Source: Setoptus koraiensis (Eukaryota > Animalia > Arthropoda). Taken from it: a stretch of 64,000 nucleotides of DNA. Location of the stretch: contig CM106585.1 of assembly GCA_048013815.1 (NCBI GenBank), forward strand, positions 22,444,001-22,508,000, written 5' to 3'. The position numbers and the translations under genes are program-made. Below the pieces are notes generated by a model, which made no database searches, had not been told where the DNA came from, and saw only the letters and a list, made by a program, of their open reading frames with translations. Shown in pieces: positions 24,369 to 39,267 of this stretch. Numbering within the stretch: position 1 is the stretch's first letter; the number at the start of each line of letters is the position of its first letter.

Positions 24369-27300
24369 TCAATTCATCCATTTGCGGCAGTTTGGTGCCC
24401 CACATAAGCAGGATATCTTATGTGGTTCATCTTCTATGGCCAGCTTGTAGTCGTAGCCGAGCTATAAGTAGATATAGGTAATGAAATAATGTTAGTCGAA
24501 AAGTTTTGTGGTCGTAATTAGTTGAAAGTTTTTATCAACTATTCGTGAATAATAAAAACGTACCTCTTCTCCCTTGAGTATTTTTCTGTTAGCAATAATT
24601 AGAATTTTTCGCTCTCTGTCTATCTCTACCGCTTCCGCTACACAATTCGGACTGCATGAATGATTTATGTAACGGGCTAGACCTCCAGCTAAAGTTGCAT
24701 CTATGACACGGTTCTCATCCAATCTAAACATATAAATACCCCGATTCTATGGTGGAAGATTGTGTATAGATTGATGATATAAATTAGTTTCTTCTGATAA
24801 TCAAAGATTAAAATGAAATAGCGAGATTTCACTAGATTGAAGATACTTACATGTGCCTCATGAATACGTTCATTCCTTTCAGCTATTTCATTTCTGATTA
24901 GTAGACCAATATACTCGATGATCATCGTGTGTTTTTCAATGTCACGAGCCGCATACAATCCCAGACCTTGGACCTTAGAACGAGCTAATACTACGTTGTT
25001 CCTCCATTCACTTTTCATCTTTCGATATTGAGATGACTTCGAATGGACGAATTGTTTTATATAAGGGGAGCTGGAATCTCCGCCACTCAGCGATTGTAGA
25101 CGCGATTTAGACGCCGATGTTGTGTGTATTGTATGGGGCCGCTTGAAGTGTGTACGTAGCTTTGGTTCAGTCCTTGCGCAACCACTTGGGTTGATCGCCA
25201 GAGGCAACTCTAGGAGTGCTGACCTTCCAAATTTAAAATTATAGTCGGTCAAAGTCTCAATGCCAGGCAATGATTCTAAAATGCGCAATATTGATGGTTC
25301 TGTCAAACCGAACAAGCACTCGCCTGTGATGTAATCAGGGAATGTGTTTATTCTGTCCTTGCCTGTTGTTTTACGTAATTCCATGATCTTTTTAATTATT
25401 TGGCGCCATACCAGTTGAGGTGATGAGTCATTGAAAACAGTATCATCGTAACCTAGTTCTTCAGCTACGACCTTGAAGTTTGGCTTTCCTTCATTGTCTT
25501 CTATGGTGCAGATGTATTTGCATCTCTTATTTAGTCGTCGAAAACTCCAATAATATCTAATCACCTGATATCCAATGGGGTAGATGCTGTTGGGTGTATG
25601 GAAGGCCTGCAACTGATGAGGTAAGAGTTGACCAAAGTTTGAAAACACCAAACTACCGATACGCATGACCTGATTCTCTCCTTGGATCATCTCGGCGATT
25701 TGTGCTTGCTCGTCACGATTGACATAGACTCTCCTCTTCACTACGAAGGATGTTAACTCTTTTATGCCTAATGCGGATTTCTGTGAATGTTGCTTGCATT
25801 GTACAGATTTATCCTCATAGAATGAACAACGATCCTTGGTAGCACAACTGAAATGATAATAGTTGGAACATCTTGTCTTAAAGCACTTTAGTGTCGCACC
25901 TGGACGACGACACGATGAACAAGTCATCGCCTTCTTGCAAGCTAGCTCCACATTCACCAGTGCTCCATTGGTCAATTCATAAACATCTAGCGACCATAAG
26001 GCGCAATTTAAGTGGACCCACCTGTCGATGCTTAGGTTAAGTAAACGAGCTGGACCGTCAGTGTCACCATCGCCGCATTCATGGCATAATACACATTGGC
26101 GTGTATCTTCAATCATTTCTGTTACTTCACTGGGTTCGGCTAGAGATGCCTCCGATGTAAGGGTCCGCTCGTTTGCTTTTCTTCTGATGTATGGTCGCAC
26201 TTGAATGTAATCCTCTCCAACCGGCCAAGCGGGAACAATGTCTTTATTCTTCTTTAGACGTAGATTTGACCGAACTAGTTGCTTGGATGTGGAGCCCTGT
26301 TGAGAGTTAGTGCTTGGGGCAGGTATTTCTATCACAGGTTTTGTTGGTACACTTCCAACATCAGACGTTGGCTGGGATAGCATGACAACATTTGGTTGTT
26401 CTGGTTGGGATGGGCCAGAATCGTTTTGTTGAAGTTCCTGGATCTTGCTAGCAAACAATGTAGGCGTCCAGCGGGCATATCTAACACCCAACCACATTTT
26501 TACGGATGGCTTGAGGTCACTGGGGCAAGATCCTTGCTGAGGGGAGACACATTCAGACAATTGTCCCACACGGCTCGTTGTAAGATCCTCGTCATCTTCC
26601 ATCATGGGACTCATGGGTGGCAAACCTTGCAACGTTTTGATGTTAAACAATTGCTTATTTTGTTGCTGATTCAATTTGTAAGTCGCGTCGAGATGACAAT
26701 TTGTGGTAGTAACGACGGATTCAGAGTTGGTTTGAGACCTGTTGCAAGTGACATGTTGAGTGTAACAGTTTACGCTACAAAATGCCGCTTCTCCAAACTG
26801 ACGACCAGCAGTCTCGCCTGAAGCGGAAGACGATGAAGAGGAGGAACTAGTTGCGATAATCTTTTTTCTGATTCCACAATCCGTTATGATATTTCTACAC
26901 TCGTAACAAAATTCAGGTTTCTTGTCAACAGATTGGGAATCGGAATCATCCAAGGACGACGGTAATCCGACGTTGATTTGGGCTTCGTTAGAGACAGATT
27001 TTTGATCGAACTTCAATCCACTAGTAGGAGATTCTGATTTAGAATTTGTTACAAGCTTCAAACTAGAGCTCAAACCACTCGTCCCAACCGACATCAATTG
27101 ATTATCAGCGCTGGTTGGTAGAGGTTCTAAACTAGTGGATGGAACAGCCAAAAGTCTTGATAGTGAGTTAAGAACTCTTTTCACACCATCGGCCTCGTCA
27201 TCAGTAAGAGTCAACGTGACTGCGACATTGCCATGTTCCTTAAGCAACATACTGAGAGAGGTTCCGTTCGGACCTTGCCTGGCTTTTGCTAAGTTCTCTC

Positions 27301-30300
27301 TATTGATCCTCAAGTTTTCTTTATCATGGTCGACATCAACCGATACCGATGTCTCGGGTCCAGGAGAAACAGACATTTCACGCTTGATGGGAACATTCAT
27401 GTACATGGGAAGCGATGGTGAGCCTCGATCATTATTGTTTTGATCATGCGCCTCAATCTCTACTTTGATACCACCAGAACTCAAATCATCCGATGCTTTG
27501 GTCCTCATGCCACATGATAATTCTCTCAAACAATGACGTCTACTATATTCTCCGTAATCGTTCCAGCCGTCTAAAGATTGTGTATCGATCTCAGGACTCG
27601 ATGGTGAAATAATAGAGTCAGGACTATCACAATCACGCGAATGTAAGTCAGGTGTGAGACGTGAGTTATAAACCTCCAAAGATGGTTCACTGAGATCTGG
27701 GGGAAATTCTTCATGATAGAATCCTACTTGGCGTCTTGCATTCATATTAAGTTTATTACCTCCAACCAATGAATGATTCATCGATACAGATCCATTGCCA
27801 AATGGACCTCGCAATCTTGACTCTCTTGAGTTCAGGTCACCACTCGCAAAGATTGAGCAAATATTGTAGTTGATGGTGAGGTCGGGTTCGCGAATTGGCA
27901 CTTTGGGAAATTCATTTTTCAGCCTAGCTGAGAGAGCAGCATAAACAGAGTCTAAAGGATCACCGCTGGGATAGTTATTGTTTGATTTAGAGAGATTGGA
28001 TCTTCTTATTCTCTTCTTCGTTGGCGGCTGAGAGCTAGAGCTATCTCCTTGATTCAGACAGGAATTGTCTCCTACTTTTAGAGATGCATTCGATAAATCT
28101 GCCTGCGACTTTGATCTTTTATTGGGGCCTCTGGGTTTGCGCTTGGGTTTTACTTCCTTCGGTGGGGGTGTAGGTTCTTTTTCAAGAAGAGCCCGTCTCT
28201 CAGCCAAGTCATTCTTACGTTTGTCAGATGGGGCTTTGCTACTGCCCATATTAGCAGACAACAAAGTTGATGGATGCTGTTGTTGAGGTTTTCCATTCTG
28301 TACTTTAATTTTTTTTGCTGGCTGCTGAATGTTCCTCTGCGCTCCTACGGATTCTTGCATGGGCTCTGAGTTTTGAATTCTCTGGTCGAACGATGCCGAT
28401 GCTACAGAATGCTCGCTTGAAGATATTGATTGCTGTTGAATTTGCGCCAATGGGCCATTCGTCATAGTTTGTTGCAGCACTGGATTCAATGTATTCAGCA
28501 CAATTTTCACATCATGTTGAGGCGCAGGTATATTATCGGCGCAAACTGAAGCGTTCGTAACTGAGGAGCTGTTGCCAGGAATCAAATTCGATATAGAAAC
28601 ATGATCACTGGCATTTGTATTAGTTATAACACAGCCAACATTTCTATTGTTGTCTAACTGTAAGGAGATAGTAGGTATTGAGGGTCTTGGGGGAGATTTG
28701 TTTTGCAAAGATGGGTGTAATATTGGACAAACATCGGCTAGCTTCCCATCTGGTGTAGGTGTATCAGCAGATGAACAGTTTCCTAACAATTGTTTCAAAA
28801 GTTGATTTTGTGCAGATCCTTGGGCGTTTGATTCTTCTTGGCCACCTGATGAGGTATCAAAAGACGAACGGCCAGAGCATACTTTCCTATTCTGTATCGA
28901 TGTATTACAAGCGCCCGGCAGATAAGATTGCGTTCCACTTTGCATGTGTTCCGTCTTACTACCAGCAAAGTCACGTTCATTTTCTGCTTTAGATTGAGTG
29001 GAGTTTGTTATATAAATTATAGATTGCTGCTGGTTGAACTGCTGATTTTCTTCATTTGATGAAGAAGCACCCTGTAACTGAGAATGTTGGGATTGACTGG
29101 TATCACTGACAGTTGTACTTGGTGCTACGGAGGAAGGAGGGTGAGCGCTGCCTTCACTAGACATGGTGGATGATTGAGTGTCGACATGGGAACCCGGTTG
29201 GTTTTCTGAATTAGATGTATTTGTAGATTGTATTGAGAAGTTCACAGCTCCATTCTCACAACCTGGGCCTGGGTCTGACATAACAAACTCCATAGATGTG
29301 ATTGCCTCGCTAACGATTGGATTTTTCTGATCTTGGTGCATGATTTGATCGCCTCCAGGCCTTATGATTTGGTAGTGTTGTTGTGGTTGCTGATACATTC
29401 TCTGCTGCTGCTGTTGCTGCTGGTGGATCATATTTGGCTGCTGTTGAACCATGTATTGACCAGGATGCATTGGTCGTCGCATCGTCATTTGTTGTTGAGG
29501 TATAAGCTGTTGTTGGCCTGAATACACCACCTGTTGTTGGGGCTGACCTTGATTGGGTAGATACTGCTGATGGTGTTGCGGTTGTTGCATTGTATTCTGG
29601 TTGTGATTATCCACAAATCCTTGCTGGTATTGATGCTGTGGCACCTGTTGTATTCTAGTCACTTGGCCATGCATTTGCTGTTGTTGAGGGTTGAATTGTT
29701 GCTGCTGGCCTAGATGTTGCATGCTTGTTTGGTTAGTAAACCTCTGTTGGGGTCTAAACTGCTGCTGTTGGGGCTGCGGTTGTTGCTGTTGATAGTTTGG
29801 ATGTATCTGCCGGGTAACCTGAGGTTGTCGTATGATTGGCTGGTTTTGATACTGTTGTTGATTTTGAGGCTGATTAGATAAAGTTCGTGGGTGGTTACCA
29901 GGATTATATTGGGCAGGTTGTCTTGGACCGTTATATTGTGCACCCTGTATGTTGTTGAGCGGTTGCTGATGCTGAACATGCTGTTCTGAGTAATTAGGTT
30001 GGGGTTGATGTTGCTGCTGTTGGTAGACTTGTTGCACTTGCTGCGGTGGTGTCCCCTGGTGTTGATGCATGATAGGATCCATCTGATTGATACGTCGCTG
30101 CTCAATATCACCACGCTTTTCATCCTCCCGTTCGGAGCCCTCAAGATAGTGTTCGATATTCTCATCCAGGATGTTGTTTTTACCAGAGGTTATACTATCG
30201 CCTTTATCAGGTTCGGGGTCTGCGTATTCCAATATATTGAAATCAGGGCCTAGGTCTCTCAGATCATCTTCATCTTCTACAACATTCTGGAGTTGATCGT

Positions 30301-33300
30301 CGATCTGGTCAGCTGTCAAAGAGGACTGCGGGTGCATTTGATATTGTTGTTGTATCTGCTGTTGCTGCATTTGTTGTTGTTGTAACTGCTGCTGCTGTTG
30401 TAGTTGCTGTTGCTGAAGCTGTTGCTGTTGTTGTACTTGTTGTTGCTGCATTTGTTGTTGCTGCATTTGTTGTTGTTGAACCTGCTGCTGTTGCATTTGA
30501 GGCGCCTGTTGTTGTATCTGTTGCTGTTGTTGTTGCTGCTGATGTTGTTGTGATTGTTGTTGCTGCATCTGCTGCTGCTGATATATACGGGGCTGATTTA
30601 TTACATGTTGGGGATGTTGGGGTTGTTGCTGTTGCTGTTGCTGTTGTATGGGCATGGATTGAGAGAGTTGCCTCCTCACAGGTACAGGCTGATTAGCTAC
30701 TTGGTACACAGTCTGATTTTGAGCCAGCGGTTGTTGGACATATTGCTGATTCTGATGAACTTGATTGACTGGCCCTTGGCCTACAAAGTTACTTGCAGGT
30801 TGGTTGACCTGATGATATTGCTGCTGTCCTGGCTGCATCATTTGTTGTAGAGGCTGCTGCTGGTGATTTACATAGCGTGGCTGAGGTCGAATCTGGTATG
30901 GCTGTTGCTGATGAGAGTAGTTTTGAGTTGTTGTTCTCTGTTGTCCAAGTTGAGTTCGCATTTGTTGTGGTGGTCCTGCTGGATATGGCATCTGCTGTCC
31001 GCCAGGTCCAGGAATAATTCTAGGTTGAGGATGGGGCATTCGTTGATTGTATTGATTGGGAACCGGCCCGGGAGACTGCTGATGTATGACTTGCATTTGG
31101 TTGCCATCAGCATAGACGTTTTGTTGTGCGGATTGTTGTGGGTGTGATTGCATTTGCTGTGGCTGATTAAACATCTGCTGATTACCCATCATATTAGGAT
31201 CACCTACGTGTTTGTTCATATCCTCTTCTAAATATTCGACACTTTCTTGACTATGACTTGGTCGAACTAGATCTGACTGTGATCTATTTCGCTGCATCAT
31301 TGGTGAAAATGGACTAGGAATAGGTCCACTAGGTGTACGCGGTTGTTGATGTGATAGAAAAGGGCTCATCGGTTGAGGAGCAGAATGTTGAACGACAAAT
31401 GGACTCATAGGTTGATTTTGATTGTTTGGGTCAGTGCCACTATGGGGCCGGGGAGTTGCAGGCGGCGTTAGGGAAGAGGAAGCAGTATTCGTCTGTGGAT
31501 AAATAGTTGCAGGAGACTGAGGTGAGAAGGGTGATCTTTGTTGCACTGGCGAAGGCCTCGGCGTTGATGGAGGCATGGCATAAGGGTCAGAAGAGGCAAT
31601 AGGTGGTCTCACTCTAGAAACTTGAATTAAATTAGCAGGACTAGGCATAGATCCTTGTTTATCATTAAGAGGCCCAGAAGGTGATTTCCCAGGATGAGGC
31701 ATACGATGACTGAAATTTGAATTGCTCACTTGTTGGGGTGGTTGCATCGGAGCTGGAGTATGTGGTGAATCGTGTGAGTAAATCGACTGCCCCTGTTGAA
31801 TATTACTTTGCTGTTGGGCGATATTATCAGATTGAGCCACCATTACAGGTTCGTTGTTGTTATTTATTTGGGATTGTGCGCGAAGCTGTGGGGGCAAAAA
31901 TCGGTTATTGTTTGGATGCATATCAGAATGTATAGGTTGCTTCCATCTCGTGTCATTGACGTTCACCATTGATACGACAGCAGGAGGATTTTGGTGCGTA
32001 GGTGTCATCATTTGTTGGGGCATGGGAGATTGCGGACAGTGAACTTGTCCCGGAACAAATTTCGCGTCTTTGGCATTAGTTGGTGGCGCTTTCTTTTGCT
32101 GAGAAGAAATGGGATCTACCTGCTTGTTTGCAACTTTATTTGCTGATCTGTTGTCACGAGCTTTTTGCAAGAAAGGTTGCCTCTCCTCCTGGGATAGCTG
32201 CCTCCAAAGTTTTTGTATTTGTTTGGCACGCTCTGACCACACAGGATATTCTATTTTGAGGTTAGGGTGCTTAGTATTGCAATAGAGGACAGGTGAAATA
32301 GTGGCTAACAGGCCTAGAGGTTCATCTACCTCCATTTTGGCAAAATTCTTCTTGCCTTGTGAAATGGTGCTGTCGGAGTTGTCAGCCCCTGCTTGTTGCC
32401 AACTAGAATCACTCACTTGGGGACTGAATTGACGCGCAGTTTCTGAACATCCGCCCCAAGGTGATGATGGCGTATTGTAGTGGTTATTTGCATCTGATCC
32501 CATAGAAGTTGTAGGTGACATCTGTGATTGCTGGAGACCGGTGGAATGGTGTAGGGATTGCGGTTGTGCTGGTGAAGGCATAGAAACTTTAGATGTGGCC
32601 GATTGAGGCCTATGTTGTGTGGGTAGACGCGGTGATGATATAGCACCCCTAGGAGACATACTAATAGATGGGGAGGCAATCGGTCCGTTGATAGCTCCAG
32701 TGCTTCCTGAGTTAATGGGTGGCTGTTCGATAAGACATGGTTGATTTACCATCGGACTCATCATGTTGTTGATTTGTATGTTCGATTGCATATTCTGCTG
32801 CATGCCTGGTTGAAGATTGGGTTGCATGTTCTGGTGCATGTTGGATTGCACATTAGCAGGTACACCATTTAAAGTATTAGATTGAACATGATGCATCTGG
32901 ACATTCGTCGGAACATAAGTAATCTGACTATTAGAAATTGTTTGTTGTGATTGTTGTTGTAGTTGACTTTGTTGAGGTTGCATCTGCTGAACAACATGAG
33001 GTCGAATATTGTTGCTCATAATCTGCCTTGGCTGAGAATGCATTCCTTGATGAACGGTTGGTGATTGTGGCTGATTCGGTTGTGGCATCTGATAAGGAGG
33101 CATAACACTAGTGGATGGAATGGGCTGACTCTGAGGTTCGAAATCTTGGGGTTGTGCTATTACATCCAGCTTCTGACCCATTGCACTAGGACTGAATACA
33201 TTGAGAAGCTCTTCGACATCTTTGCTGTCAAATTGAGTCAAACTATTATCTCCAACGATATTAAGGTCAAACTCAGGACCAAATAGCACTGAGTCTATAG

Positions 33301-35494
33301 CATCTTTTTTATTGTCGGCGGATGTATCATCCAGATCAGCTCCAGCTAAGCCTTCTCTATCGTTGGTCAATATTTCCATGAGATCCTCATCTTTCGGTAT
33401 CTGCAATACGTCAAAATCACGATCATGATAAGTCTCATCTTGTACACTATTGGGTAATCTAATCTCGGTTGAGCCTTTAGCTTTCGTCTTGGTTGAGACC
33501 ACGGTGTTTTCTATCCTCTCGCCGATAAGATCGTTTCGTCCATTTTCAGTTGGGTGTTTTTCACCCTCGAAAAAGTTTTTCAAGGAGGTTTCGCAATCAT
33601 TGAGTTTAGTTGGCATATCGTCTGTTTTGGAGCAATTGTTCAGTAATTCTTTACCGAAGAAAGCTTCCTGCATATACGGTGGGTAGACATCAATTATCTG
33701 AGTCTTCTTCTTTGGTTTTTTCCTAATACGTTTAGGCTTTGAGCCGGCAATATCAGCGGTAGCTTCGGATTGCGAAAGTTGGGAGACATTAGCCTCGTGG
33801 TGAGGTTCGCCATTAAGACTGCAATTTAGGTCTTCGTCTTTGTTGAGTCTCACTCCTCTCTGTCGAACAGAAAATCCGCCTATGCCCACTTTACTCAACT
33901 TTCGTTGGCGCTTTTTCTTGCCATCTTCCTCACCAATTTTACCATCACCAGTGGCAGTTTTACTTTCATCGTCCTCGTCTTTGATAAAATCATCGTTGAA
34001 TAGATCCTCCAGTTTTGATTGATTTTTGGTTCCACGTTTGGCTCGAACTCTCTTGGCTGGCTCGAGTTGCTGAGCCTTGATAAATGTCAAACCACTATCA
34101 GTCAGATAAACTCCATCCATAAGATGCCCAGGTATTTGACTGGTCTCTTCACTATTTGTCAATTTAATTTCTCCTTCTGCAGATAGTGCTTGAGTGTTGC
34201 ATGTTGAATCATCTAAACTGACCATAGGGTTATCTATGTTTTCTAAACCTTTGCTTGCGCCAGAATCCTGCTGCCGAATATCGTTACTTCTGGAGTTTGA
34301 TGAGGAAGATAACTCTTGCAAAGGTGAAAGGTCTATCGAATCGTGTGATTTGAGGTCACCGGTCGTGTATATGCCATTAATTTCAAACTGATCAGCTGAA
34401 GAGGATGAATAAAGATTAGTTGTGAATGAGGAAGTCAGCTTGTGGTCACTTGAAGAAAAAAGAAGTGATGATGAAGGCCTTTTGATTTCACCAATATTGA
34501 AATTGCTGTCGGTGTTCAATATGGTTAAAGGTGCAGACTTTGGACGTGAGAACTCGAGCTGTTTCAGATTGTCATCTGTCGAGGATTTGATGATATCAGT
34601 AGAGTTGATATTGTGATAAAATTTGATTCTGTCATTTTTCGAAGAATCCGAGGTGTCGTCCGTGGTTGGAGCGTTGCTTTCTACGTTAATAGGTGACTTT
34701 TGTTGCACATGATTTGAATGGTTGTTCTTTTTAATTGTTTCGTCATTAAAACCATCCATTTGTTGATTACTATGGCCTGAGGGATCAATCGTTTTTCCAT
34801 GGACTAAATGAACAGGCAATTCGTCTTTTAGCCTACACATGATACATTTATACTCTAGTTCATGTGCTTTGAAACAATCATCTAAATCTTTAATCTGGTC
34901 GCAATGTGCATGTAACCAACGCTCACAATTTATACATTTAATGAGAAGGTCCTTGGGTTGATAATCAATTTTGCATTTTGGACAAGTAGTTAGACTAGAA
35001 CATGGTCCACATTCTGTGTAATTCTTTTGCCAGTGAGAATTGTGACCAGGCGAACGATTTCCACATATCTGGCAAAAAACACTAAGGGCTACACAAAGTT
35101 TGCACTTCCAGGCTTCTCGTGGCACTTCATCTAGCGGTGGGTTCAGACAGTAAGTATGAAAGCTCATATCACACTCTTCGCATAATAACAATTTTCCTTC
35201 GTCTCCAGGAAGGCCACATTCTTCACACACGGTACATTCTAGGCAGCGCCAGCCCTTGGTCACTACAACTTCAATACCTTTAATCTTGACACAGGAAGGA
35301 TGGTAACATTGTCCACATTGCCAGCAAGATATAAGATTTCCTTCATCATTTTTGCCTAAACTGCCGCATATCGTACAAATATCTTGAGATAGTATATAAT
35401 TGTCTCTTTTTGAGCAAAGAACTAGGGTAGGCCGATGCTCCGTAGTGGTTAGCATGGATGATGATGGTGAGGATTTCAATCGTTGAGCTGCCAT
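24369..35494 (-). CDS. KMT2C: Histone H3K4 methyltransferase KMT2C/D (MLL3/4; trr+Lpt in one gene), 3 exons, ~3639 aa
   Basis: join(35494-24851,24746-24564,24461-24369), all phase 0 GT-AG. PHD triplet (SQDICTICGS...CHPSC, CLECTVCEEC...), HMG-like box (HPNLKIEYPVWSERAKQIQKLWR), polyQ, ePHD (RQCVLCHECGD...WVHLNCALWS), FYRN/FYRC, WIN motif GCARTE, SET (RSKVQGLGL, YINHSC, LGYDY), post-SET SCLCGAPNCRKWMN. Confidence 0.95.
30330..30580 (-). repeat. CAG/CAA polyglutamine tract inside KMT2C
   Basis: Long (tgc/tgt/ttg)n run on the + strand encoding QQQQ...MQQQ repeats. Confidence 0.9.
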
Positions 35495-35609
35495 AATAGT
35501 TGCACATTACATGCGTGATCATAAGTAAGTAATATTGATGTTTTGCTACATAAGTTCAGTTGGGTGAATTATTATGTATACATTTATGTATCGATATATT
35601 TGATAATAT

Positions 35610-35775
35610 TAGCGATAGTAGTAATAGCAGTTGTAATAATAATATTAATGGTAATAATATTTATAATAATAGTAATAATAATAGTCTCAATAGTAATAAT
35701 AATAATATCGATAGTTATAATGATAATATTCATAATAGTGATAATAATAATAGTAATAATAATAATAGTAATTAT
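35610..35775. repeat. Degenerate (AAT)n microsatellite
   Basis: aataataatagtaataat... run; generates the spurious Ile-rich and Asn-rich ORFs. Confidence 0.9.
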
Positions 35776-36289
35776 ATGGTGTTATGTCATCATTTGTGCC
35801 TTGGAAAAGCAGCCTTATAGCAGTTCATGGGCTTGTACAGCCTGAGTCTTACAATTAATGTTCAGTCCGATATCTCGATTCCCTTTGGTTTCGCTAGCAA
35901 GCTTTCGTGAGTGCATTTGAATATAACAGCAGCTATACCACTGCGCTGTTGCTGCTACTACCTTTCGCTTGCAACGCACAGAACGGCACAGAAATGATCG
36001 CTGGCATTAAACAGTTGCCTGAACAAACATTTGGACATTGGGAATAAACTTGTCGCCCCCCTGTGCGCAGAACTGGGCGGCAATTTTAAAACTGTGCAGA
36101 AGTTTCGTGCGTTGCGCTCAATTTTGCGCACATTGCAAGACTCCGGCTGGACCCTTCCCATGGACTGCAACAAGAATGCTTTTTGCAAGGCACGATTTAC
36201 ATAGTGCCAAATGACTACAACCATTTGGCTACAATTACGACTATTACTGATACTATTATTATTTATATCATTATTGCCGACAATATTGA

Positions 36290-36589
<300 letters not shown>

Positions 36590-36674
36590 ATTACGCGAGA
36601 CGAGTGCACTGTACAAAAGTAGCCAACAATAAATTTCCATTGGGTCATTGCCAACTTTTGTCTCCTCGGCGCAG

Positions 36675-37569
36675 ATGTTTTTTATAGATTTGGATAGATA
36701 TCCTTTTGTGGGTATACCTCTGTACAGCTCCATTAGGAGCGAAATATTACGTTTAAGCATCGAATTAGCCTCGACTGCTCAGAGAGATCAGTTCGTTGAG
36801 CAACCGAATGACATTTTGAAAGTAAAAGCCCAACGTTTATCAAATCAGTGTGATGTCATTGTCAGAAACATAGACGATAGTTTGATCATTCAGCCCACCT
36901 ACCTCGATGTTGTTAACGTTAAAAAGAAACCCGATGAAGAGTATGGTATAGTTCTGAGGTCTTTGTGTTTTGGCGTTCACCTCATAGAGCAAGTTATCTT
37001 TCAATCTCCCTCTCATCGATCAGGCAGAATTTGCGAAGGTGACGAAATTGTTCAAGTTGATTATCAAACAGTAGTTGGTTGGACCATGCCAAACGTTATG
37101 GAGTTCGTTAAGAAATTCTCCACCGAAGTAATCTTGACCATCAGAAAGAGGCCTACACATAGTAATATACCCAGTCAAGTATCAATCATAAAACCTTATA
37201 ATGATATGTGGAAAATGGTGGCGACAATGAACGAAAAACGACCAGTTCAAGAGAAGAGTGTCAATCAGTGGAAGTATAGTTTCTGTTAGTGATCTAAGTC
37301 AGGATTCTCTTACGATACCTTCCATTGCAGCTCCAAATAGAACTTTGATAACAAAGAATAGCTCGCCAACATCATCACTATCAAATAACGCAAAAGACAG
37401 CCTAATCAAGAGTGTCTCGAACGACCCAACTAGACTTTACTTGCACACTCTGAGTATAGAAATCCAGCCAGAACACCGAAATAAAATGGACAGCCTAATA
37501 TCCGACAATTGTTTGAGGAACAATCACCATATAAGCCCAAATTATTGCAGCGTTAGTAGCGATGAGAAT
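36675..37569 (+). pseudogene. Inverted partial duplicate of CNK (C-terminal CRIC + PDZ, then a frameshifted downstream block)
   Basis: 36693-37201 = reverse complement of 42252-41744; 37261-37569 = reverse complement of 41481-41164. A net 203-nt loss between the blocks shifts the frame. In-frame ATG at 36675 gives a 204-aa ORF ending at 37289. Could be functional rather than a pseudogene. Confidence 0.85.
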
Positions 37570-37619
37570 CTTGGTATAGAAATCACACGTCTATCCAGAC
37601 AACGTGGACTTTGTTGATG

Positions 37620-38150
37620 CGCGTTCTCCAGCGCGTAATTTAAACATTCTCGATATCGGATATCCGATGTTGAATACCCGAATAACAAGTTTCAATACAT
37701 ATTCTGAAGCTGACCAAGCGCGCTTTCGGGATGCTATATATGCGGCGAACCCTCACACACCTCCATAAACTGTTCCTATATTTCGTCTTCCATGCAGATA
37801 TTTATGCAAAAGCGCAAATTGTGATACATGAAATCTGTTTGTATGGTACCTCCCTCTCCGTCTGGGGCGCACACGCGCACTAGTTTTCATTTTGTCGACG
37901 GAAACACTCAGCTGCTTTTGTTGTGTACTAAATCGGCTAACGACCATCACCGATGGATCTTTACTGCTGATTGCATCACTGTTTTGATTGTGTCTTTACT
38001 CATTGAACTCAGTTAATACGAGTGCATTTCAAGTCTCGAAAATATTCTCAGATGAATTCTCAGCAACCATGTGCTGATATTCTGATACAAGTGTCACCTG
38101 TCACTGATGTAGCAATCGATCTTGTTGAGTATCAACCTGAAGAGCCCCGT
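37620..38150 (+). mobile_element. Decayed retroelement relic (gag zinc knuckle, possible integrase fragment)
   Basis: Exact CX2CX4HX4C knuckle CYICGEPSHTSINC at 37732-37773 flanked by in-frame stops; VAIDLV at ~38109 resembles the start of an integrase core. Confidence 0.5.
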
Positions 38151-39267
38151 ATGCAAAAATAGACAACACTTTCAATCACATATGTTCAAACACCATCAAC
38201 TTCAGAACACCACGCAGTTCGGACATTGAGTGCTCAAAAATATCGGTCGGTAGATATATTAGTTCTGCATAATACAATTATATTTCAAATCAATTGTTGT
38301 CTATCGTATCGCTATGTGACGAAATACCGCTCTCTTGTAGTCAATGACATACTAATGTGAACATCGATTGTTTTAGATATAGACTTGAATAATTACTTTT
38401 TTATGATAGTAACAAACAATCCATCATTTGGAAAGTTACAACAAGCCAAGTAAGCCAAAATTAGAATCCGTGTTAGCTGACTCATGCTTACTGATGACAT
38501 TGGAATAAACAAATGTATTCAATGAAGAGAATAAAAAGCTGATAGACAATGTTGAGCGTGAATCTGTTTGCGATGGATTACTATAAAAACTTGCCAGTTA
38601 TTAATATTGATCTGATTCTACATTATACTAGTCACTCACACCACCACTGCTGCCATATTCGCAATGCATCCTCAAACTCAATGTCGATCAAATTGATAGT
38701 TATCCGTATCTGATGTTACAACTACTATTTCTATCATCATATAATATATTATATTGGATTGAAGTGCCATATTGGTGTCTTTATCTGCAATGTGAAAGCA
38801 ACGAAGCCATTGCAGATGAAGGCAAATAAATCATAAAGCAAGTAGAATTCCCTCATTATCTTTATGAAGTTGGAAGCAGATAGTGGACTCTCATCAACCG
38901 TGCAAGCAAAAAGAGATGGTTAATTTAAACTCGAAATTAATCTATTGACGCCCTATATGACCCAGTCTCTTGCATTTCCCGACAAATATTCCTTTTTTTT
39001 CACAACGAAACAACCAACACCTAGTTCGCAGGTGGCTTGGCGCCAACGTATTATATGTCATATGCTTTATTACAAAAAGAACTGATTTTTTTACATCGTT
39101 GCAAATGTGCTCACATTGAAACTAATTTCCGAAACCTCATCCACAACAGTAAAATTGAAAATCTCCTTCTTTTGACTGACAATTAACACTCATTCATTTA
39201 AACAAGTGCATCGTACATACAAGATAATACCAAGCGAATCAAGCAAGATCTCGAGAAGGATCAAAAC

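Noticed and set aside
35543-35845. Ile-rich 100-aa and Asn-rich 86-aa ORFs
   Set aside because: Translation artefacts of the (AAT)n microsatellite.
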